A DNA stretch of 36,538 nucleotides, from IMG/VR virus record IMGVR_UViG_2654587996_000001, positions 1 through 36,538 of that record. One strand, given 5' to 3'. Positions within the stretch are counted from its first letter, which is position 1; each line of letters opens with the position of its first letter. Below are positions 8,719 through 18,378 of the stretch, piece after piece. Origin of the DNA: a virus (Duplodnaviria; Heunggongvirae; Uroviricota; Caudoviricetes). The position numbers were made by a program, and so were the translations under genes. A model generated the notes under the pieces. The model searched no databases. It saw only the letters and a program-made list of their open reading frames with translations, and had not been told where the DNA came from.

Positions 8719-9835
8719 AGCTGATCCCCTGTTTTTTCATCTGCTGGCGAATAAAGGCATCAACATCATCACCGGAACCACCGCCACGGCCCTTGCTGTC
8801 CGGCTCTGCCGGAACGATAAAGCCGTCACGCGGTGCCAGTACCAGCCGGGAGACTTCCCCGTTCTGCTCATCCAGTAAAAACTCCACCTGACAGACCAGC
8901 AGTTCGGTCTGCGCAGTACCAAAGCGCAGGGCCGAAACACCGGTCAGCAGATTGACATCCCATAACCGGCCATCGTCCCGGAACCAGCCGCGCACGGTGG
9001 CGGAAAACCGTTCTGAACGGGCAACCGCCCGGCGCATCTCACGCAGGGCACGCTGCCGTGCGCCGGTGGTGTCAATCTGATGATCGGCAAGGATGATTTT
9101 CGGCCGGTAACGACCGATCTGCTCATCACTGATGGTGGCCACAGGGGCTGCCAGCCGGGCGGCCGACTCACTGTCTCCCTGTTTACCCCCGCCGCGTCCG
9201 TGCCCCCGGACACGGTATTCGCTGTATCGTCCGCGCCAGTCCGTGTTGTAGTCTGCATCAAGCAGGTTTTCCCCCAGCACCAGTCTGTCCGTCTGCTGGT
9301 TTCCCGCCTGAGTGAACACCAGATCGCCGTCAGCATTGCTGGTCACCAGCACCCCGCGATGCCGGGCTGCACGGGTCAGCGCATCTGCCACGGTTTCTGA
9401 ATTTTCCAGTGTAAAAGAGACAAAGGGACGGGCCGCACTGTCATCATTCACCTGCCAGCGCACGTTTATCCCGAAGGGCGCACATAAATCTGCGGCAATC
9501 TGCGCCAGCGTCCGGTTTCGCCACTGGCTGCCGGGGTGAACGGCAGCACAGTCCACCAGGTCACCGGTTTTATCCCGTCCGCTGATGGTGATCTGATGAC
9601 GGGCTGCACTGATACGCTGACTGACCTGATCCAGCCAGCCACTGACCACGGTCTGCCCGTTGATCCTGAGCGTCAGGGACTGACCGCTCCGCAGGGCGGA
9701 CGGGATACGCTCGCCGGGCAGCATCAGCCCCAGCTCAAACGACCCGGCCAGATGTTCCAGGGAGCGGCGGACGCTGACCGTCAGCCACCCGGAAAAAATA
9801 CTGCCGCCGATATACAGTTCAATCCTGCTGCTCAC
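8708..9835 (-). CDS. Tail/baseplate hub protein (Mu gp44, gpD-like)
   Basis: 375 aa, syntenic position after the DNA circulation protein. Confidence 0.5.
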   Translation of the reverse strand: MSSRIELYIGGSIFSGWLTVSVRRSLEHLAGSFELGLMLPGERIPSALRSGQSLTLRINGQTVVSGWLDQVSQRISAARHQITISGRDKTGDLVDCAAVHPGSQWRNRTLAQIAADLCAPFGINVRWQVNDDSAARPFVSFTLENSETVADALTRAARHRGVLVTSNADGDLVFTQAGNQQTDRLVLGENLLDADYNTDWRGRYSEYRVRGHGRGGGKQGDSESAARLAAPVATISDEQIGRYRPKIILADHQIDTTGARQRALREMRRAVARSERFSATVRGWFRDDGRLWDVNLLTGVSALRFGTAQTELLVCQVEFLLDEQNGEVSRLVLAPRDGFIVPAEPDSKGRGGGSGDDVDAFIRQQMKKQGISFDE

Positions 9836-11177
9836 TGATCACCTCCACACTGCGGCCCCCCGGAACAAAAACCGGATCGGGGATGTTGTTCCGGCGGACA
9901 AAATACTGCCAGCGGCGGCTGTTGCCGGTGGCCCGGTACAGCGTGACCAGTGCCGGTTCGGTGGTGCGCACCATGACCTGAGAGGCACCGGGAAGATGTA
10001 CGCTCCGTGTGGTCAAATCTTCTGTCAGCGCAAGTCTGGCATCCCGTAATGCAAGGGCGGTGCCGGTATAGCCCTGCGCGGACAGATCCAGCACCTGTTG
10101 TTCCATGGCATCACTCAAATCCCGGTTGATACGCTGCACATCAGCAGAACTTTCCAGCCAGGCGGGTCTGCCCGCCCGGTCATTATCCTGAACGTGCGTC
10201 GTATCCTGCCGGATGACCTGATCCAGCAGTTTTCCGACCGTCTGCGCCTGCGACACCAGGGTTGCGCCCTGCATGACGGTACGCAGCAGGCGGATATTTT
10301 TCTGTGCCGCAGGCGTCAGACCAATCAGACGCTGCGGATCATCCTGTTCGCTGAGGGTGTAACGCAGGGAAGAAAGTGTGCGGTACAGCTGCGGCATGGC
10401 CTGCTCTGTCATGCTGTTACGGTTTGTGTCCAGGCTGCCGGATGGTGTCCCGGGCTGGCCGGTCAGTGACAGGGACGGATCGCCGGGCAGCCCCGCCAGC
10501 ACGGCAAACATGCCTGCCAGCGATTCAGCCATGCGACGGGGCGCATTAATCAGGGCCGTGGCATTGCCTTTCAGGGCCACAAAGCTGGCCGTAAAGGCAC
10601 TGATATCCTGCACAATCCCCATCCCCGAAACGGCATTTTCCAGCGCATCAATTTTGTCGCTGATGGTGTCGGTCATGGCCTGCACATCATGCAGGCCGTC
10701 TGAAATCACCGTCCAGCCGTCTGAAAGTGTGTTAAACAGCTGATTCATTGCTGAACCGCTTTTCTGCCCCAGCGCAGCTGCCGTATCTTCTGCCACCGAG
10801 GGTGCGGTATCGTCACTGGCGGGGATCACGTTGATCGTGAACTCAACCGTTCCCTGTTCGCTGGCGTTATAACGGCTTTCAAAGCTGTTTATCAGCACGT
10901 TTAACGTGCCGTAATCCGGGTGCATCAGTTCACCGGCACCGGGTGCCCGCAGCGCATCACGCAGGCGGCTTCGCTGCGTCTGAAGATCGTCTCCGGTCAC
11001 CAGAACCGTGAATGTGAACTCCGGGAGTTTTGGTCCTAAATCATCCGCACCGCCGCTTTCACGCAGCGGATATTCACGGCGCACAATGTTACGTCCGCCC
11101 CGTTCCCGCTGCTCCTGATAAACCAGGAACGGCACGCCACGAAAGGAGCCACGCCCCGGCGTGTCAGTAGAGGCCAT
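9819..11177 (-). CDS. DNA circulation protein (Mu gp43/P-like)
   Basis: 452 aa immediately downstream of the tape measure gene; overlapping start. Confidence 0.5.
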   Translation of the reverse strand: MASTDTPGRGSFRGVPFLVYQEQRERGGRNIVRREYPLRESGGADDLGPKLPEFTFTVLVTGDDLQTQRSRLRDALRAPGAGELMHPDYGTLNVLINSFESRYNASEQGTVEFTINVIPASDDTAPSVAEDTAAALGQKSGSAMNQLFNTLSDGWTVISDGLHDVQAMTDTISDKIDALENAVSGMGIVQDISAFTASFVALKGNATALINAPRRMAESLAGMFAVLAGLPGDPSLSLTGQPGTPSGSLDTNRNSMTEQAMPQLYRTLSSLRYTLSEQDDPQRLIGLTPAAQKNIRLLRTVMQGATLVSQAQTVGKLLDQVIRQDTTHVQDNDRAGRPAWLESSADVQRINRDLSDAMEQQVLDLSAQGYTGTALALRDARLALTEDLTTRSVHLPGASQVMVRTTEPALVTLYRATGNSRRWQYFVRRNNIPDPVFVPGGRSVEVISEQQD

Positions 11178-13221
11178 AGTTTCCTCCGTTCCAGACGTTC
11201 ACATCAAGGCCATGCTGTGCGGTATCATCCACATCAATACTGCGTGCCCGCCAGCCTTCAGGGGCAACCAGCTCCACCCGTGCGGCGGTTTTCGCGGTGG
11301 CCTGTCCGCCGTTTTCATCACTGCCGCCACGCAGTTTCTGCCAGGCCTGCGTCAGCCAGCCCCCCAGATAATCACCAAGATAGCTGCCCACCGTGGAACC
11401 AATGGCAACCCCGACCGGACCGGCAGCCGCCCCCAGTGCGCCACCGGCGATACTACCGGCAAGGGAACCCACGGCACCGGCTTTATCGGCTGCACTGGCG
11501 CTGCTGTCCAGCAGTACAGGGGCCGCCATGGCACCGGCCCACAGGGCACCACCGCCCAGCCGACCGGCACCACGGAACAGCCCGGAAAAACGTCCCAGCC
11601 CCATGCGGTTTCCGGCAGCCGTCAGCAGCCCACCGGCACGGCTCATCATGCGACCGAAGAAGCCCTGTTTACCGGCACTTTCCGCCAGCTGCTCACCGGC
11701 GGTCACGACGGTCTGAACACCCCGTCCGCGTCCGGGGCCGCGCTTTTTACGGCCGCGCACGGTTTTGCCGTCACCGCTGACCATCACATCCCCGCCACCT
11801 GATGCCAGACCACCCGCAGGCCAGTTAGTGACCAGTACGGGCTGAACGGCAGCAGGATTTATCCCGGTAAGAAAGTTCATAAAACGCTGGCCGCGTCCGG
11901 GCTGCGTTCCCGGCACAGTGGTCTGTGGTTTGCGGAAAGGTGAGGTCAGCACGGCGGCCGTGGACAATCCGTACCCTAACAATGCAGCTCCCGGTCGCAG
12001 TGCCCCAATCCCTATGGCGCGGACCGCCTTCAGCGCACGGGTGGCGAGATACATATACAGGAGATATTTCGCCGCTGTCTGTGCGCCCTGACCAATGCGA
12101 TCCAGTGCATCGCCATAACCGGCGTCGCGCAGTGCCTGAAGGGTTTCCCTGACTTTCTGAATGGCCCGGTAAAAGCCGGTCGCAGCGTCTCTGGCATACT
12201 CAAATCCCCGATTAAGGGCCGAGGCCGTCTGCGTGGCCAGCTTATCCTGTAAGCCGCTTTTCTGTGCCGCATCGGCATAATCCAGGAAGCCCTTCAGGCT
12301 CTTTTTCAGGCTGTCAAACGGCCCCTTTGCCATCACATCACGGGCAAACTGATCCCAGACATCTCCCATCATGGAGGTCATCCCTGTCCAGGAGTTCATG
12401 GCATTTTTCTGGGCACCTTTTGCCTGTTCGGCCATCACCTGAAATAACAGACGAATGCTGTCCGGTCCCAGTTTTCCTTTCTCGCCTTTCTCACGGATGA
12501 TCTTCTGGTTTACACCCAGCTTATCGGCCAGTAACTGGTAAACGTTGATCCCGTATCCGGTCAGGATATTGGCGTCCGCTGCCTGAATACTCTGACGGGC
12601 AAACATCTGTTTGAGTTGCAGGGACGCACCCTGTGCATCTGACAGTGACCAGCCGTGATAGCCACCCTGATCCTGAAGCATGGTAATAAAGCGGCGGGCT
12701 TCCCTGTCACTCATACCGAACCCGCGACTGGAGGCGTATTCCTGCATAACCCCCGCCAGCCCCCAGGTGGTGTCTTTGGCGTTCTGTACCGCCCAGGCTT
12801 TCACTGCTTCCGTTTTTGCCGTATCGCCATGATTAATGGCATTGAGACGCAGAATATAGTTCTCCATCTCTGCGGCCGGGCGGATAAAGGCTTTATTAAA
12901 ACCGTAGACCGCAGCCCCACCTGCCAGCATCCCGTAAAGGTTGCTGAGGCGTCCCAGCGTGCCGGTAATACTGCCCTGAAGCCGGTCAAAATCCGACGTC
13001 ACCGTGCGGATACTGCCACGGACACCGGCAAGCGTTCGCTGCATACGGGAGCCGACAAGCTCTGTCTCCTGACCGGCACGGCGGGCTGCATTTCCAATAC
13101 CACCCAGGCCTGTCCTGCCGGAACGGGAGAATGCCCCCAGCTCCTGTGACCACTGGCGGGATTTGGCGGAAATATTGCCGAGTAAATCGACAATCAGGGA
13201 GGCTTTCAGGTTTTTTGCCAT
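11164..13221 (-). CDS. Tail tape measure protein
   Basis: 685 aa, coiled-coil-like N-terminal half and Gly/Ala-rich C-terminal segments; follows the tail chaperone pair. Confidence 0.75.
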   Translation of the reverse strand: MAKNLKASLIVDLLGNISAKSRQWSQELGAFSRSGRTGLGGIGNAARRAGQETELVGSRMQRTLAGVRGSIRTVTSDFDRLQGSITGTLGRLSNLYGMLAGGAAVYGFNKAFIRPAAEMENYILRLNAINHGDTAKTEAVKAWAVQNAKDTTWGLAGVMQEYASSRGFGMSDREARRFITMLQDQGGYHGWSLSDAQGASLQLKQMFARQSIQAADANILTGYGINVYQLLADKLGVNQKIIREKGEKGKLGPDSIRLLFQVMAEQAKGAQKNAMNSWTGMTSMMGDVWDQFARDVMAKGPFDSLKKSLKGFLDYADAAQKSGLQDKLATQTASALNRGFEYARDAATGFYRAIQKVRETLQALRDAGYGDALDRIGQGAQTAAKYLLYMYLATRALKAVRAIGIGALRPGAALLGYGLSTAAVLTSPFRKPQTTVPGTQPGRGQRFMNFLTGINPAAVQPVLVTNWPAGGLASGGGDVMVSGDGKTVRGRKKRGPGRGRGVQTVVTAGEQLAESAGKQGFFGRMMSRAGGLLTAAGNRMGLGRFSGLFRGAGRLGGGALWAGAMAAPVLLDSSASAADKAGAVGSLAGSIAGGALGAAAGPVGVAIGSTVGSYLGDYLGGWLTQAWQKLRGGSDENGGQATAKTAARVELVAPEGWRARSIDVDDTAQHGLDVNVWNGGNYGLY

Positions 13222-13224
13222 GGG

Positions 13225-13437
13225 TTACTGCTTCGCTCTGAGAATTTTTTCGGTCTGTCGGCAGTGCCGGTAAAGCTGCGATAAGGGGAGGTTAAGCGCC
13301 CATTCCGGGCCGCTTTTTGTCACCATCCCCAGCACAATGGCTGCTTCTTCAATCTGATCCCGGCACTGCATCTGGTCGCCCCCGTTCAGCGACCAGCTTT
13401 CCGGCCATCGCGGAATCAAGCAGGCCTATCGCCGCCA
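13225..13437 (-). CDS. Candidate frameshift extension of the tail assembly chaperone
   Basis: Open frame overlapping the 3' end of ORF 13349-13825 and ending 3 nt before the tape measure ATG; it is +1 relative to the upstream frame. Confidence 0.4.
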
Positions 13438-13825
13438 TCAGACGGGAGAGATCGCGCTCGCTGAGCTGTCCGATCTGACGCGGAGACAATGGTCCCTCAA
13501 TCTGGCCGACAGCGGCAATCTGACGGCGCAGCAGCGCAATGCCGCGCAGTGCCGGTGAGGCCACCAGAACCGGACCGTTTCGGGTTTCCATAAGACGCTC
13601 GGCCTCGGTTTCCGCATCAATGCTGTCTTTCGCTGTCAGTTCGCGGAAGGTGACGCGGTATTCACGGGATTCCCCGAACGGCAGGCCATCAAGCAGATCC
13701 ACATAGCCGTTCGCCAGCTGTTCAGCCAGCCCGGCGGTGCGGGGATCGCCGTCCTCAAGCGCATCACGGATAGCCTCAATCACGGCCTCGTCAGAGACCG
13801 CCGTTTTTTTCTTGCGTGTGCTCAT
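13349..13825 (-). CDS. Tail assembly chaperone (Mu gp41 position)
   Basis: 158 aa acidic protein between the tail tube and tape measure genes. Confidence 0.5.
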   Translation of the reverse strand: MSTRKKKTAVSDEAVIEAIRDALEDGDPRTAGLAEQLANGYVDLLDGLPFGESREYRVTFRELTAKDSIDAETEAERLMETRNGPVLVASPALRGIALLRRQIAAVGQIEGPLSPRQIGQLSERDLSRLMAAIGLLDSAMAGKLVAERGRPDAVPGSD

Positions 13826-13839
13826 TGCATTTTTCCTGA

Positions 13840-14205
13840 TTACTGGACACGGGTACTGGTGGCGCTGGCGAACTTCGCGGAAATATCACCGCCACCGTCA
13901 AGCGAGGCCGGTTCACTGCTCCAGGCTTTCGTCATCATGTGGACTTCGCCGGTATCGGCCACGAACTCAATCGTGACCGCAGTCCAGGTGTTGATTTCAT
14001 CGGCGGCCGGTGAACCTTCTCCGCCAGCCGGGAATTTACAGTCCAGCGTCGCTTCACGTGGTTTCTCGCGATAGCCATAGACTTTCGCGCCTTTCACCAC
14101 TTCACGCTCAAAGCCGGACGGGGAGAACGTGGCTCCCTCAAGGGTGGCGTATTCCTGTCCGTTCACACGGATGGTGGCCGTACCCTGATACTGTTTTCCG
14201 CTCAT
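13840..14205 (-). CDS. Tail tube protein
   Basis: 121 aa directly downstream of the sheath gene. Confidence 0.7.
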   Translation of the reverse strand: MSGKQYQGTATIRVNGQEYATLEGATFSPSGFEREVVKGAKVYGYREKPREATLDCKFPAGGEGSPAADEINTWTAVTIEFVADTGEVHMMTKAWSSEPASLDGGGDISAKFASATSTRVQ

Positions 14206-14213
14206 GCCTTACC

Positions 14214-15695
14214 TCACAAAATGAAGCGGATCTGCGCGGCCATGAAGCGGAACTGGTTAACCAGGTCCGGTGTACACATCACATCCAGACGGTTACGGTC
14301 TTTTGCGTTGCGCTCCACGAGCAGATTCTTTTTAAAGGTGTCCAGGTTTTCGACCAGCCCCTGATCCACCCATTCTTCCCCCAGCGCAATCAGCTGGAGC
14401 GTCATGATCTCCGGCGTCACGATATTCTGACCGGGCCGGACGGGGGTGCCGTTATCGGCCAGTTTGTGGCGCGGGAAACGCTGCGTGATAAAGGTGCGCA
14501 GGGAATAACGCAGGTATGACAGGGTGTAGATAGTTTCCACATCCAGATAGCTGGGATCGCTTTCGCCGTAAGCATTCTGGCGGTACATCGTCACCTGACG
14601 CTCAATCTGCACCACATCACCGGCCGCGATGGTCACGGTGGATATTCCGGTATAAAGCAGGCTGTTGCGCTCTTCCCTCGTCAGACGCGCCGGGGCTTCC
14701 GGTGCCATACGGGCAGGCAGCGCCAGTGTCTGTAATGGTCGGGCCGGATCTGTTGACAGGGACGGTGCACAGACCGCACAAATGGAGGCCGCCCAGATAT
14801 AATCCGGCTCCGGTGCCTTCGGAATGGAGGTGCAGGTAAACAGGAAGTCGTTCCGGGATTCACCAAAGCTGGTTACCGCGCCTAATGTGCCGGTGTGCGC
14901 CATCCAGACCATACCGTCGGACATTTTTACCGGTCCCCAGCGTTTCAGCAGCTCATCTGCCAGAATCTTAAGGTTTGCGCTGTCCTTATAGGGCATCACT
15001 ATATAGTTATACTGGCGCGTCCCCATGGCTGCGATACTGTGGGTGATATCCGGGTTTTTTGGCGCAGTACCACCGGCCAGCGACACCGTAATACCGGCTG
15101 GCGTGACTTCACCGGAATAATAATTCAGCCGGACATCATGCACGGAACACTCGCCGGTAAACTTCGCTGTCAGGGTGATCACTTTTCTGGTCTGATCCTG
15201 ATTGCCGTCCGGCACGGAAGTGCTGGCCGTCACCGGACTGTCATTGTCAGCGTTTATCATGGTGGAAAGATCATCCGCCAGAATGTTGCCCTGTTTGCCT
15301 TTCGTGACCGCCATATAATAAGGGCGACCGGCAATATAGAGATTCAGGGTGCCGTCTTCCGTTGCCGTACCGGAAAGCGTGATCGTGCCTGAAGTGGCGG
15401 TGCCGGTGCCTTCGCCCTGCGCAATGGCATACAGTTCCGTGTCAGGATTACTGGCAATAAAGGCTTCCACCATCCGGGCAATCATGGAGCCGCGTCCCCA
15501 GAGTTCTGTCGCCTGAGCGGCGCGGGTGATACGTACCGGGGAATCCACCACCCCGAACGCATTACGGTTTCGCTGCCCGAACAACAGCACCGCCTGCCGC
15601 TGTGGCGGCGTACCGGTCACGGCCATCGAGTTATTAATTTCAATCTGTATCAGCGGAATACGGTTGTTATCGCCGATGAAATCAAAGTTAATCAT
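14214..15695 (-). CDS. Contractile tail sheath protein
   Basis: 493 aa, syntenic with Mu L; followed by the tube gene. Confidence 0.8.
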   Translation of the reverse strand: MINFDFIGDNNRIPLIQIEINNSMAVTGTPPQRQAVLLFGQRNRNAFGVVDSPVRITRAAQATELWGRGSMIARMVEAFIASNPDTELYAIAQGEGTGTATSGTITLSGTATEDGTLNLYIAGRPYYMAVTKGKQGNILADDLSTMINADNDSPVTASTSVPDGNQDQTRKVITLTAKFTGECSVHDVRLNYYSGEVTPAGITVSLAGGTAPKNPDITHSIAAMGTRQYNYIVMPYKDSANLKILADELLKRWGPVKMSDGMVWMAHTGTLGAVTSFGESRNDFLFTCTSIPKAPEPDYIWAASICAVCAPSLSTDPARPLQTLALPARMAPEAPARLTREERNSLLYTGISTVTIAAGDVVQIERQVTMYRQNAYGESDPSYLDVETIYTLSYLRYSLRTFITQRFPRHKLADNGTPVRPGQNIVTPEIMTLQLIALGEEWVDQGLVENLDTFKKNLLVERNAKDRNRLDVMCTPDLVNQFRFMAAQIRFIL

Positions 15696-15958
15696 CAGGA
15701 AGTCCCCTTGTCTGATGCTGCGGGTTTTTCAGCCGCAGGTTTTTCTGCTGCCGCTCCCGCGGGTTTTCCGGCGGCATCAGTCGTTGCAGACGCTGCTGCT
15801 TCCGCCGCTTTTTCCACCACAATGACGTCCCCGTCATTAAGACGGCGGCACCAGAACGGGGTGAAGGGTTTTTCCTCTCCCTCCTGCGCCAGCGGTTTCA
15901 TGGTGTCCGGATCGCGGATCAGGCATCCCGGCGCGGGTTTGATAAAAATGGTTGTCAT
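15695..15958 (-). CDS. Small virion protein, Mu gp38 position
   Basis: 87 aa with Ala/Lys/Pro-rich C-terminus; position only. Confidence 0.4.
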   Translation of the reverse strand: MTTIFIKPAPGCLIRDPDTMKPLAQEGEEKPFTPFWCRRLNDGDVIVVEKAAEAAASATTDAAGKPAGAAAEKPAAEKPAASDKGTS

Positions 15959-15961
15959 CTG

Positions 15962-16525
15962 TTATTCCTCTGACGGTCCGGCTTTTTCACCGGCGGCGGT
16001 TGCACCTGGCAGGCTGATGTGCGCCTCAAATGCCGGTGTGCCTTCCGGTTCGGTGAAGGTTTCGTAATGGCGCAGGAAATCATCCAGCGAGCTGATATCA
16101 GTCAGCGGTGCGATCATTTCCTCGCAGGCGAAATAAAGCGCATACATCACCGCGCCACTGTCGGCCTGCGTTTCGGTGTAACCGTTGACCGCCTTTTCAA
16201 AGTAAAGCGGTGAGGTGTTTTCTGTTCTGAAGCCGTTCAGTACGGCAATCAGACGGGCCACAATCTGATAAAGCCCCGGACGGCTGGCCTCACGCCCGTT
16301 GAGCATGTCGCCGATGACGTAGAACACCCAGTGACTGACCAGACGACCACGGGTCCGGCCTTCACCGGCACCCAGCCAGGCAACGTAGATCGCCGGGGCG
16401 TTAATCAGCATGGTGCGCAGCACACTGTCGCTCCAGTCGCCGGGATGCGTGTCCACCGACACCAGTTCGTTCCCGAAATACTCCCGGATGCGGGCGATGT
16501 ACGCCTGTTCGGTTTCCGTAATCAT
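15962..16525 (-). CDS. Head-tail joining/tail completion protein, Mu gp37 position
   Basis: 187 aa; synteny only. Confidence 0.45.
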   Translation of the reverse strand: MITETEQAYIARIREYFGNELVSVDTHPGDWSDSVLRTMLINAPAIYVAWLGAGEGRTRGRLVSHWVFYVIGDMLNGREASRPGLYQIVARLIAVLNGFRTENTSPLYFEKAVNGYTETQADSGAVMYALYFACEEMIAPLTDISSLDDFLRHYETFTEPEGTPAFEAHISLPGATAAGEKAGPSEE

Positions 16526-16941
16526 ATGAAGCCCTTCTGGTTGCGCCCGAATACCGCCGCATCAGACTGCACCTGCGGTAAATCCCCGGATTCAGGAGCC
16601 TCGCCGTCCGTATCCACGCCGACCGGCACGTTGCCGTTCATGACGTCTTTCAGCCAGGCCAGCGCCTCACGGTAACGGTCACGCGCCTGATCGGAGGCCC
16701 GCTGATCGCACAGGTAATAAAAGGCAATCGCGCAGCAGTGCTGAACAAGGACCGCCGGAACTACCGCCAGCGGCAGCGTGTAACGGGCAGACAGGTAACT
16801 GTCGATAAGGGCAGACGCATCCGTCAGCGCCCGGTTCAGCTTGCTTGTGTCCGGCTCATCCGAACGGGGCACGCTCAGTAATGACCTGAGAAAATCCTCG
16901 CGGTAACGCGCCCGCATATCGGTTTCGGTGGCGTAATTCAT
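16522..16941 (-). CDS. Head-tail connector protein, Mu gp36 position
   Basis: 139 aa; synteny only. Confidence 0.45.
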   Translation of the reverse strand: MNYATETDMRARYREDFLRSLLSVPRSDEPDTSKLNRALTDASALIDSYLSARYTLPLAVVPAVLVQHCCAIAFYYLCDQRASDQARDRYREALAWLKDVMNGNVPVGVDTDGEAPESGDLPQVQSDAAVFGRNQKGFI

Positions 16942-17387
16942 GCACGGACCTTTTTCGCCTGTTTCGCTTTGCTACCGGTATTTTTCCGGGGAGCATCCTG
17001 TCCGGCTTCGGCTTCGGCTTCGGCTTCGGCTTCGGCTTCGGCTTCGGCTTCGGCTTCGGCTTCGGCTTCGGCTTCGGCTTCGGCTTCGGCTTCGGCTTCG
17101 GCTCCGGCTAAATCTGCACCGGTCTCTGCATGAACCACACCCGCCACGGCTCCCGCATCATCACCAGGCGTCTGTAGTATTCGTACAGTGAGGCATGGCT
17201 CCGCTTCCAGTCGGGCAAGCTGCTCCGGGGTGACGTCAACCTGCTGGCGTCCCCGCATGAACAGGAACCCCGCACGACGAAACTGCGTACGACTGCAACG
17301 CACTTCTGCCAGTACCGTGACAGGATTGTCACCACTGACCCGAAGACCTGAATCATCTGTTGCTGCCACAGTGTGATGTTCATTCAT
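16938..17387 (-). CDS. Head protein carrying a (Glu-Ala)n repeat and a basic C-terminal tail
   Basis: 149 aa; the Glu-Ala run (one Gly-Ala plus 16 Glu-Ala pairs) is encoded by the hexanucleotide array at 17005-17106; lies between the major head gene and the connector-like gene. Confidence 0.55.
   Translation of the reverse strand: MNEHHTVAATDDSGLRVSGDNPVTVLAEVRCSRTQFRRAGFLFMRGRQQVDVTPEQLARLEAEPCLTVRILQTPGDDAGAVAGVVHAETGADLAGAEAEAEAEAEAEAEAEAEAEAEAEAEAEAEAEAGQDAPRKNTGSKAKQAKKVRA
17005..17106. repeat. Tandem hexanucleotide repeat (GCTTCG)16 plus one imperfect unit
   Basis: Read directly: 96 nt of perfect GCTTCG units at 17005-17100, then GCTCCG. Confidence 0.9.
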
Positions 17388-17430
17388 ATTTGCCCTCCGC
17401 AGGGGCCGGGCCGTAAGCCCGGCTCACCGT

Positions 17431-18378
17431 TTACAGATAATCCGCGACAACCAGTTCCAGCTTGCCTTTCATCTCGTTGGAGACGGTGGTGTTACCGTCC
17501 GCGAACAGCTCGCGCTCCAGCAGCTGCACCGCCTGTTTTTCCAGCGAGGTGGGGACAACAATATGGGTGGGTCTGATGCCGAGTTTGCGGCCACCGTCAG
17601 CCTTAAAGTCACGCATGGCTGACCAGCCGTGCCACAGCGCATCCAGCGTCAGCGGTGACTGCATCATGTAGGCCATCTGCCAGAAGCCGTAGCCCACATT
17701 GCGACGGGCGGAAGCACCGAACACAAACTCGTTATCAGTAAACGCACGGCCTTCATCGACTTTTGTCTGGGCAACCAGTTCGGCCTTGCGGCGATCCTGA
17801 TAAATCAGCGGTTTTACCGCGCGGGAGCAGTCAAGCAGATACCAGGCCGGGCCGCTGTAATCCGCCTGTGCACCGACAGAGCCGGTTTTTGCCACAAACA
17901 TGTTGCTGACCAGCTCCACATCACCGGTACCATCCACATTTGGGTAGACGGGGTGTTCGGTATCAAAGAAGTTCTGGCCGTCATAGCAGGCTGCATTGAT
18001 CCCGTCACGCAGTGCAGCAAAGACCAGTTCATCCGGTTGTGCCGCCGCAGCGCGTCCCATCTCCTGGAACAACGGGGAGTAGATGCCGAGATTGTCGTCT
18101 TCAAAGTCATCGCGGCTGATGGCAACGGTGCCTTCAAAGGTTTTGTTCACGATGGCGTAGCCATAGGCTTTCATCTTCTCGATGACGCGGGAGCCGATCC
18201 ACTCACGGAACTGCGGGAACTGCCCCAGCCAGCCGTAGGTGTTGGATTTCGACGTGGACGGCACGGTCATCGCAATTTTCTGGTACTGCGACGGGGCCAT
18301 GGACATCCCGGCCTGAAAATCAGAACGGTAGCCCGTCATCAGGGCGGTGATCATCGCCGGTGTAATCGGGGTAGGCAT
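17431..18378 (-). CDS. Major head (capsid) subunit, Mu T-like
   Basis: 315 aa, downstream of the protease/scaffold gene; a GC-rich hairpin at 17404-17422 follows its stop. Confidence 0.75.
   Translation of the reverse strand: MPTPITPAMITALMTGYRSDFQAGMSMAPSQYQKIAMTVPSTSKSNTYGWLGQFPQFREWIGSRVIEKMKAYGYAIVNKTFEGTVAISRDDFEDDNLGIYSPLFQEMGRAAAAQPDELVFAALRDGINAACYDGQNFFDTEHPVYPNVDGTGDVELVSNMFVAKTGSVGAQADYSGPAWYLLDCSRAVKPLIYQDRRKAELVAQTKVDEGRAFTDNEFVFGASARRNVGYGFWQMAYMMQSPLTLDALWHGWSAMRDFKADGGRKLGIRPTHIVVPTSLEKQAVQLLERELFADGNTTVSNEMKGKLELVVADYL

Noticed and set aside
11217-11780. Plus-strand Pro/Arg-rich ORFs (187 aa and 107 aa) inside the tape measure gene
   Set aside because: They lie antisense to a Gly/Ala-rich coding segment; low-complexity translation of the opposite strand is the expected artefact.
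17005-17106. CRISPR array
   Set aside because: Units are 6 nt, perfectly tandem with no spacers, and lie inside a coding frame.
16940-17191. Plus-strand ORF encoding (Arg-Leu)n
   Set aside because: It is the reverse-strand reading of the hexanucleotide repeat; the minus-strand (Glu-Ala)n frame fits the operon.
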